From a virus (lineage: Duplodnaviria > Heunggongvirae > Uroviricota > Caudoviricetes): a DNA stretch of 38,728 nt. Shown here one piece after another: positions 33,866 through 38,728 of the stretch. The translations under genes were made by a program, and so were the position numbers. The stretch lies in IMG/VR virus record IMGVR_UViG_648231705_000004; one strand, written 5' to 3'. Each line of letters opens with the position of its first letter. Position 1 is the stretch's first letter. The notes under the pieces are model-generated. The model ran no database searches, was not told the origin of the DNA, and was given only the letters and a program-made list of their open reading frames with translations.

Positions 33866-35701
33866 ATGGGAAACCTGAATGAAACAGAAAAGTGGGAAGA
33901 AAATATCTATCAACTGGAGACATCAGATCCGGTTCTGGGTGGTGCAGACGGGATATCAAATCGAGCCCCCCGGCAACTGGCAAACAGGACGAAATGGCTG
34001 AAGAAAAAAACGGAGGAAGCCGCACAGTCACTGGCTGAACACGTACGTTCCCGTAACCACCCGGACGCGACACTGACAGCTAAGGGGTTCACCCAACTGA
34101 GCAGTGCCACCAACAGCACCTCTGAAACGCTGGCCGCCACACCAAAAGCCGTCAAGGCTGCATACGACCTTGCAGCCGGCAAGGCGCCCGTCAGCCACAC
34201 TCACCCGTGGAGTCAGATAACGGGAGTGCCTGCTGCCTCGCTGACGGCAAAAGGCACCGTACAACTGAGCAGTGCCATCAACAGCACGTCTGAAATACTG
34301 GCCGCCACACCGAAGGCGGTCAAGGCTGCATACGACCTTGCAGCCGGCAAGGCGCCCGTCAGCCACACTCACCCGTGGAGTCAGATAACGGGAGTGCCTG
34401 CTGCCTCGCTGACGGCAAAAGGCACCGTACAACTGAGCAGCGCCATCAACAGCACGTCTGAAACGCTGGCCGCCACACCGAAAGCGGTCAAGGCTGCATA
34501 CGACCTGGCAGCCGGCAAGGCGCCTGCCAGCCACACTCACCCGTGGAGTCAGATAACGGGAGTGCCTGCGGCTTCACTGACGGCAAAAGGCACCGTACAA
34601 CTGAGCAGCGCCACGGACAGTCAATCAGAAACTGAGGCTGCCACGCCGAAGGCGGTCAAGGCTGCATACGACCTTGCAGCCGGCAAGGCGCCCGTCAGCC
34701 ACACTCACCCGTGGAGTCAGATAACGGGAGTGCCTGCTGCCTCGCTGACGGCAAAAGGCACCGTACAACTGAGCAGTGCCATCAACAGCACGTCTGAAAT
34801 ACTGGCCGCCACACCGAAAGCGGTCAAGGCTGCATACGATCTGGCAGCCGGCAAGGCGCCCGTCAGCCACACTCACCCGTGGAGTCAGATAACGGGAGTG
34901 CCTGCTGCCTCGCTGACGGCAAAAGGCACCGTACAACTGAGCAGTGCCATCAACAGCACGTCTGAAATACTGGCCGCCACACCGAAAGCGGTCAAGGCTG
35001 CATACGATCTGGCAAACGGAAAACAACCGGCAGATGCCACGCTCACTGCTCTGGCAGGACTTGCCACTGCAGCAGATCGGTTGCCTTATTTTACCGGAGC
35101 AGACCGCGCAGCGCTGGCAACCCTTACAGCTATTGGTCGCGCTATTATCGCTAAGGGCAGTATAAAAGATGTCCTCAATTACCTTGGTTTGGGGGAAGGC
35201 TCTGCATTGCCTGTTGGTGTACCGGTTCCGTGGCCCACCGCCACACCGCCAGAAGGCTGGTTAAAGTGCGACGGGCGCGCCTTTACAAAAGAACAATATC
35301 CTGTTCTGGCCAGAGCCTACCCGACCCTCCGTCTTCCCGATTTACGCGGTGAGTTTATCCGTGGATGGGACGACGGGCGCAAAGTTGATACAGGACGTAA
35401 GTTGCTGTCCGCACAAGGGGCAACGCTGTTAAGAACAGCAATGCTGGATTATTATAACCAGGACACTACGGGAACCTCGGGGATAGTCGGCATGGGATTC
35501 AACAATGAAGATTCCATTACAGACCTTCGTGAGGGCAGCTTTAAAATGCCGGACGGGACAACATTCAGCGATCCTGTCATAGCAATGTCAGACAATGGTA
35601 TGCAGGCTACTATTCTGACCTCTATCAGAAGCGGGTATGCGAAGGGTATCACTGTCAGACCCCGTAGCATTGCACTTAATTACATTGTGAGGGCAGTTTA
35701 A
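33866..35701 (+). CDS. tail fibre protein (constant part + currently attached variable C-terminus)
   Basis: ORF 33860..35701 (ATG 33866, GGGAG RBS); six tandem 56-aa repeats with ...SSAINSTSE..AATPKAVKAAYDLA... fibre-repeat signature; the inverted-repeat crossover lies inside the gene at ~35185. Confidence 0.85.
   Translation: MGNLNETEKWEENIYQLETSDPVLGGADGISNRAPRQLANRTKWLKKKTEEAAQSLAEHVRSRNHPDATLTAKGFTQLSSATNSTSETLAATPKAVKAAYDLAAGKAPVSHTHPWSQITGVPAASLTAKGTVQLSSAINSTSEILAATPKAVKAAYDLAAGKAPVSHTHPWSQITGVPAASLTAKGTVQLSSAINSTSETLAATPKAVKAAYDLAAGKAPASHTHPWSQITGVPAASLTAKGTVQLSSATDSQSETEAATPKAVKAAYDLAAGKAPVSHTHPWSQITGVPAASLTAKGTVQLSSAINSTSEILAATPKAVKAAYDLAAGKAPVSHTHPWSQITGVPAASLTAKGTVQLSSAINSTSEILAATPKAVKAAYDLANGKQPADATLTALAGLATAADRLPYFTGADRAALATLTAIGRAIIAKGSIKDVLNYLGLGEGSALPVGVPVPWPTATPPEGWLKCDGRAFTKEQYPVLARAYPTLRLPDLRGEFIRGWDDGRKVDTGRKLLSAQGATLLRTAMLDYYNQDTTGTSGIVGMGFNNEDSITDLREGSFKMPDGTTFSDPVIAMSDNGMQATILTSIRSGYAKGITVRPRSIALNYIVRAV
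34073..35040. repeat. 6 x 168-bp in-frame tandem repeats in tail-fibre gene
   Basis: CTGACGGCAAAAGGCACCGTACAACTGAGC recurs at 34241, 34409, 34577, 34745 and 34913, with a degenerate first copy at 34073. Confidence 0.85.
35172..35197. promoter_or_regulatory. candidate left recombination (gix/pix-like) crossover site
   Basis: TCCTCAATTACC TT GGTTTGGGGGAA: 12-2-12 layout; inner half-site resembles the Gin/Hin-family half-site TTATCCAAAACC (as reverse complement). Confidence 0.45.
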
Positions 35702-36315
35702 TGAGTAACACTGCAGTTCTGGATGAAAACGGTATCGCCACTGTAGCGGGCGATATCACTGTATATCACTATGACGAGGAAACCCGGGAATACACCTCAT
35801 CCTCTGTGGAGTATCTCGCCCTTGGGGTGGGTACTCCGGCACATTCGTGCGCCGATGCACCGCCGGAGGCAATTTCGGGTTACGTGGTTTGCCGGACTGC
35901 CACGCTGAACGGGTGGGAGCATGTGCCTGATCACCGCGGCGAGACGGTATACAGCACGGAGAACGGTAACCCCGTTCTGATTACCCAACCGGGTGATTAC
36001 CCGGCGGACACCACCACAAAACAGCCAGCCACGCCATGGGATACCTGGAACGGTGAGGCGTGGGTAACCGATACTGAACGGCAGCGAACCGCAGAACTGG
36101 AGGTTGCCAGACAGCAACGCCAGCAACGGGTGAAACAGGCGATGGCGTCCGTCGATCTTATCAACCTCAAACTGCGTGCTGGTCGCAGTCTGACACCAGA
36201 AGAAACGGCAAAACTGAACGCCGTGCTGGATTATATCGACGAGCTGAACGCACTGGATATCAGCACGGCACCTGAAATCAGCTGGCCGGAAGCACCACTG
36301 GCACTTGCCAGTTGA
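35701..36315 (+). CDS. tail fibre assembly protein (chaperone)
   Basis: 204 aa; ATG overlaps fibre stop (TAATG); inside invertible segment. Confidence 0.8.
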   Translation: MSNTAVLDENGIATVAGDITVYHYDEETREYTSSSVEYLALGVGTPAHSCADAPPEAISGYVVCRTATLNGWEHVPDHRGETVYSTENGNPVLITQPGDYPADTTTKQPATPWDTWNGEAWVTDTERQRTAELEVARQQRQQRVKQAMASVDLINLKLRAGRSLTPEETAKLNAVLDYIDELNALDISTAPEISWPEAPLALAS

Positions 36316-36321
36316 ACGGTA

Positions 36322-36783
36322 TCACGCCGCCCTCACGATATAGTTAAATGCGATATTGCGGGGGCGAGCTGATACATAAGCCCACCAGTCATATCTTTGT
36401 GCACCTTTAGAGGATGCATCAAATATCCACTTTTTGCCATTTATGACCCCCAGTTGATTAGAGGTTAAAGCGTCACCAAATCCGTATTGTGTAGAGCCGA
36501 GCGAACTGATATCTCCGGTATTATTATCATCAAAACCGGATACGATAGTCCCTTCCTGAAATGAAAGTACCGTACGCCCGGTATCAACCTTGCGACCACC
36601 GTCCCATCCACGGATAAACTCACCGCGCAAATCGGGAAGACGGAGGGTCGGGTAGACTCTGGCCAGAACAGGATATTGTTCTTTGGTGAACGTAGCTCCG
36701 TTGCACTGTAACCAGCCTGCTGGCGGTGTGGCGGTGGGCCATGGAACCGGTACACCAACAGGCAATGCAGAGCCTTCCCCCAA
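36322..36783 (-). CDS. alternative tail-fibre C-terminal variable segment (promoterless; expressed only after inversion)
   Basis: N-terminal ~60 aa nearly identical to residues ~449-510 of the plus-strand fibre (GEGSALPVGVPVPWPTATPP...LRLPDLRGEFIRGWD); both variants end in NYIVRA. Confidence 0.65.
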   Translation of the reverse strand: MGEGSALPVGVPVPWPTATPPAGWLQCNGATFTKEQYPVLARVYPTLRLPDLRGEFIRGWDGGRKVDTGRTVLSFQEGTIVSGFDDNNTGDISSLGSTQYGFGDALTSNQLGVINGKKWIFDASSKGAQRYDWWAYVSARPRNIAFNYIVRAA

Positions 36784-36788
36784 ACCAA
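36573..36788. repeat. right inverted repeat of invertible segment (pairs with 35185..35400)
   Basis: Reverse complement aligns with 35185..35400 at roughly 88% identity by eye. Confidence 0.75.
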
Positions 36789-36800
36789 CGTTTATCTCTC
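36775..36800. promoter_or_regulatory. candidate right recombination (gix/pix-like) crossover site
   Basis: TTCCCCCAAACC AA CGTTTATCTCTC: inner half identical to the left site in inverted orientation; coordinates +/- 2 bp. Confidence 0.45.
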
Positions 36801-36854
36801 AAATCCTCCCCACATTATCTCAGTACTTTAACCACTCAAAAGGGAGTATTTTTA

Positions 36855-37427
36855 ATGCTGATTGGCTACATACGTGTGTCAACAAATGACCAAAACACAG
36901 ATTTGCAACGCAATGCATTAATGTGCGCAGGATGTGAACAGATTTTTGAGGACAAAATGAGCGGAACCAAGTCGGAACGACCAGGCCTGAAACGCGCTTT
37001 AAAGTGCCTTAAAAGAGGGGATACATTGGTGGTCTGGAAGCTGGATCGGTTGGGTAGAAGAATGAAACACCTCATTGCTCTCACAGAAGAGCTACGCGCA
37101 AAAGGTGTCAATTTTCGCAGTCTGACGGATTCAATCGATACCAGCACTCCGATGGGAAGGTTCTTTTTTCATATGATGGGTGCACTGGCAGAAATGGAGC
37201 GTGAACTGATAGTTGAGCGCACGCTGGCAGGACTGGCTGCTGCGCGAGCACAAGGGAGAGTTGGAGGACGTCGCCCGAAACTGACGAAGGAGCAGCATGA
37301 GCAGATCGCAAGATTGCTCCAGAAAGGGTATGACAGAAAGCGGCTGGCAATTATCTATGATATTGGACTGTCAACGATCTACCGCTACCACCCTGTTGGG
37401 ACTGTCATAACGCAACCTGAAATGTAA
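36855..37427 (+). CDS. serine-recombinase DNA invertase (Gin/Pin/Hin/Cin family)
   Basis: N-terminus MLIGYIRVSTNDQNTDLQRNAL with catalytic Ser; C-terminal HTH; ATG is codon 44 of ORF 36726..37427. Confidence 0.9.
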   Translation: MLIGYIRVSTNDQNTDLQRNALMCAGCEQIFEDKMSGTKSERPGLKRALKCLKRGDTLVVWKLDRLGRRMKHLIALTEELRAKGVNFRSLTDSIDTSTPMGRFFFHMMGALAEMERELIVERTLAGLAAARAQGRVGGRRPKLTKEQHEQIARLLQKGYDRKRLAIIYDIGLSTIYRYHPVGTVITQPEM

Positions 37428-37454
37428 TTCTTTTTCAAATAATGAAACGCCGCG

Positions 37455-37508
37455 TGGATGCCATTTATCGCACAAGATAGAGTGCATTTATCGCGCGGCG
37501 CATCAACA
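37455..37508. repeat. candidate transposase-binding terminal repeats at prophage right end
   Basis: Two direct copies of CATTTATCGC (about 37462 and 37486) just before the phage/host junction. Confidence 0.35.
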
Positions 37509-37549
37509 AATTTACCGCCGAACGCGCAGGCAAACAGTCGCTGGATGAT

Positions 37550-38728
37550 TTGATGAACAGTTCGCTGTATCTGATGCGCAGCGAATTGCGTGAGATCCCC
37601 CCACACGACTGGGGTAAGACGCTGAAAGAGATGGATTTAAATCTCTCTTTCGATCTGCGTGTCGAGCCACTGAGTAAATACCATCTTGATGATATTTCCA
37701 TGCACCGGCTGCGTGGCGGCGAAATTGTCGCTCTGGACGATCAGTACACTTTTTTGCAACGTATCCCGCGCAGCCACTACGTGCTGGCAGTTGGTCCTGT
37801 TCCTTATCTTTATTACCTCCATCAGATGCGATTGCTGGATATCGCCCTGATCGCTTTTATTGCCATTTCCCTCGCCTTTCCGGTGTTTATCTGGATGCGT
37901 CCGCACTGGCAGGATATGTTAAAACTGGAAGCAGCGGCGCAACGATTTGGCGATGGGCATCTCAGTGAGCGTATCCACTTTGATGAAGGTTCGAGCTTTG
38001 AACGACTTGGCGTCGCATTTAACCAGATGGCGGACAATATCAACGCCTTGATTGCCAGCAAAAAACAGCTTATTGACGGTATCGCTCACGAACTGCGAAC
38101 ACCGTTAGTGCGCCTGCGTTATCGACTGGAGATGAGCGATAACCTGAGCGCCGCCGAATCCCAGGCGTTGAATCGCGATATCAGTCAACTTGAAGCTTTA
38201 ATCGAAGAGCTGCTGACTTATGCCCGACTCGACCGCCCACAAAATGAGCTTCATCTTAGCGAACCAGACCTGCCGTTGTGGCTGTCAACGCATCTGGCAG
38301 ATATTCAGGCAGTAACGCCCGATAAAACGGTACGGATAAAAACGCTCGCGCAAGGCCATTATGCGGCGTTGGATATGCGCTTAATGGAGCGCGTGCTGGA
38401 TAATTTGCTCAATAACGCCCTGCGCTACTGTCACTCAACGGTTGAAACCAGCCTGCTACTGTCGGGGAATAGAGCGACATTAATTGTTGAGGATGATGGC
38501 CCAGGGATTGCCCCAGAAAACCGCGAACATATCTTTGAACCTTTTGTTCGCCTCGATCCCAGCCGGGATCGCTCAACCGGCGGCTGCGGGCTGGGGCTGG
38601 CAATTGTCCACTCTATAGCACTGGCAATGGGCGGTACGGTTAATTGTGACACCAGCGAACTGGGTGGTGCCCGCTTCTCGTTCAGCTGGCCGTTATGGCA
38701 TAACATCCCGCAATTTACCTCTGCCTGA
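37550..38728 (+). CDS. rstB: sensor histidine kinase RstB, 5'-truncated fragment (gene interrupted by the prophage)
   Basis: From memory, matches E. coli RstB from about residue 30 onward (KFTAERAGKQSLDDLMNSSLYLMRSELREIPPHDWGK...); HisKA box HELRTPL and ATP-binding G-box GGCGLGLAIV present; no RstB N-terminus upstream. Host-derived sequence starts at ~37508. Confidence 0.9.
   Translation: MMNSSLYLMRSELREIPPHDWGKTLKEMDLNLSFDLRVEPLSKYHLDDISMHRLRGGEIVALDDQYTFLQRIPRSHYVLAVGPVPYLYYLHQMRLLDIALIAFIAISLAFPVFIWMRPHWQDMLKLEAAAQRFGDGHLSERIHFDEGSSFERLGVAFNQMADNINALIASKKQLIDGIAHELRTPLVRLRYRLEMSDNLSAAESQALNRDISQLEALIEELLTYARLDRPQNELHLSEPDLPLWLSTHLADIQAVTPDKTVRIKTLAQGHYAALDMRLMERVLDNLLNNALRYCHSTVETSLLLSGNRATLIVEDDGPGIAPENREHIFEPFVRLDPSRDRSTGGCGLGLAIVHSIALAMGGTVNCDTSELGGARFSFSWPLWHNIPQFTSA

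Larger units (their letters stand above)
35185..36788. other. invertible tail-fibre DNA segment (G-/P-segment-like), ~1.6 kb
   Basis: Bounded by ~215-bp imperfect inverted repeats (35185..35400 vs reverse complement of 36573..36788, first 64 bp with 1 mismatch); an invertase gene lies immediately downstream. Confidence 0.7.
1..37508. mobile_element. Mu-like transposable prophage, partial: right end at ~37505-37510, left end upstream of position 1
   Basis: Contiguous phage modules: DDE transposase, MuB-type ATPase, Gam, GemA-like and Mor-like early genes on minus strand; repressor; lysis, head and contractile-tail genes on plus strand; invertible tail-fibre segment with serine invertase. Host rstB reading frame resumes at ~37508. 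Confidence 0.85.

Noticed and set aside
33910-35067. Minus-strand ORFs 33910..34200, 34028..34540, 34625..35026 and 34885..35067
   Set aside because: Antisense to the tail-fibre gene within its 168-bp tandem repeats; repetitive Cys/Arg-rich translations typical of reverse-frame reading.
1-38728. tRNA, rRNA or other structured RNA genes
   Set aside because: No cloverleaf-like or rRNA-like segments recognised by eye; intergenic space is minimal except the regions discussed. A tRNA scan would be needed to exclude them formally.

Overview
Nearly the whole window (1 to ~37508) is a Mu-like transposable prophage; its right end abuts and 5'-truncates the host sensor-kinase gene rstB (37550..38728). 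The phage left end is not in the window. All calls are by eye from the sequence and ORF track (motifs, gene order, ribosome-binding sites); no database search was run, and self-derived coordinates may be off by 1-2 bp. Layout: (i) minus strand 166..8963, early module: Ner-like protein, DDE transposase, MuB-type ATPase, Gam, GemA-like and Mor-like proteins, then a bidirectional terminator and a separately placed membrane-protein gene; (ii) plus-strand HTH repressor 9064..9402, divergent from the early operon; (iii) an accessory block 9519..11810 that looks AT-richer: Dam-type methyltransferase plus three unassignable genes, one a P-loop kinase-like protein; (iv) plus-strand late genes 11941..36315: lysis cassette, terminase, portal, head genes, contractile tail and baseplate, tail fibre and assembly protein; (v) a ~1.6 kb invertible tail-fibre segment with ~215 bp imperfect inverted repeats and a Gin/Pin-family invertase (36855..37427). 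The early module is inverted relative to canonical Mu. Other notable points: two possible frameshifts (tail chaperone, tape measure), two long in-frame tandem repeats (tape measure, tail fibre) and a structured central intergenic region. The best candidates for an undescribed system are the block at 10473..11810 and the membrane-protein locus at 1..876; both are function-unknown and speculative.
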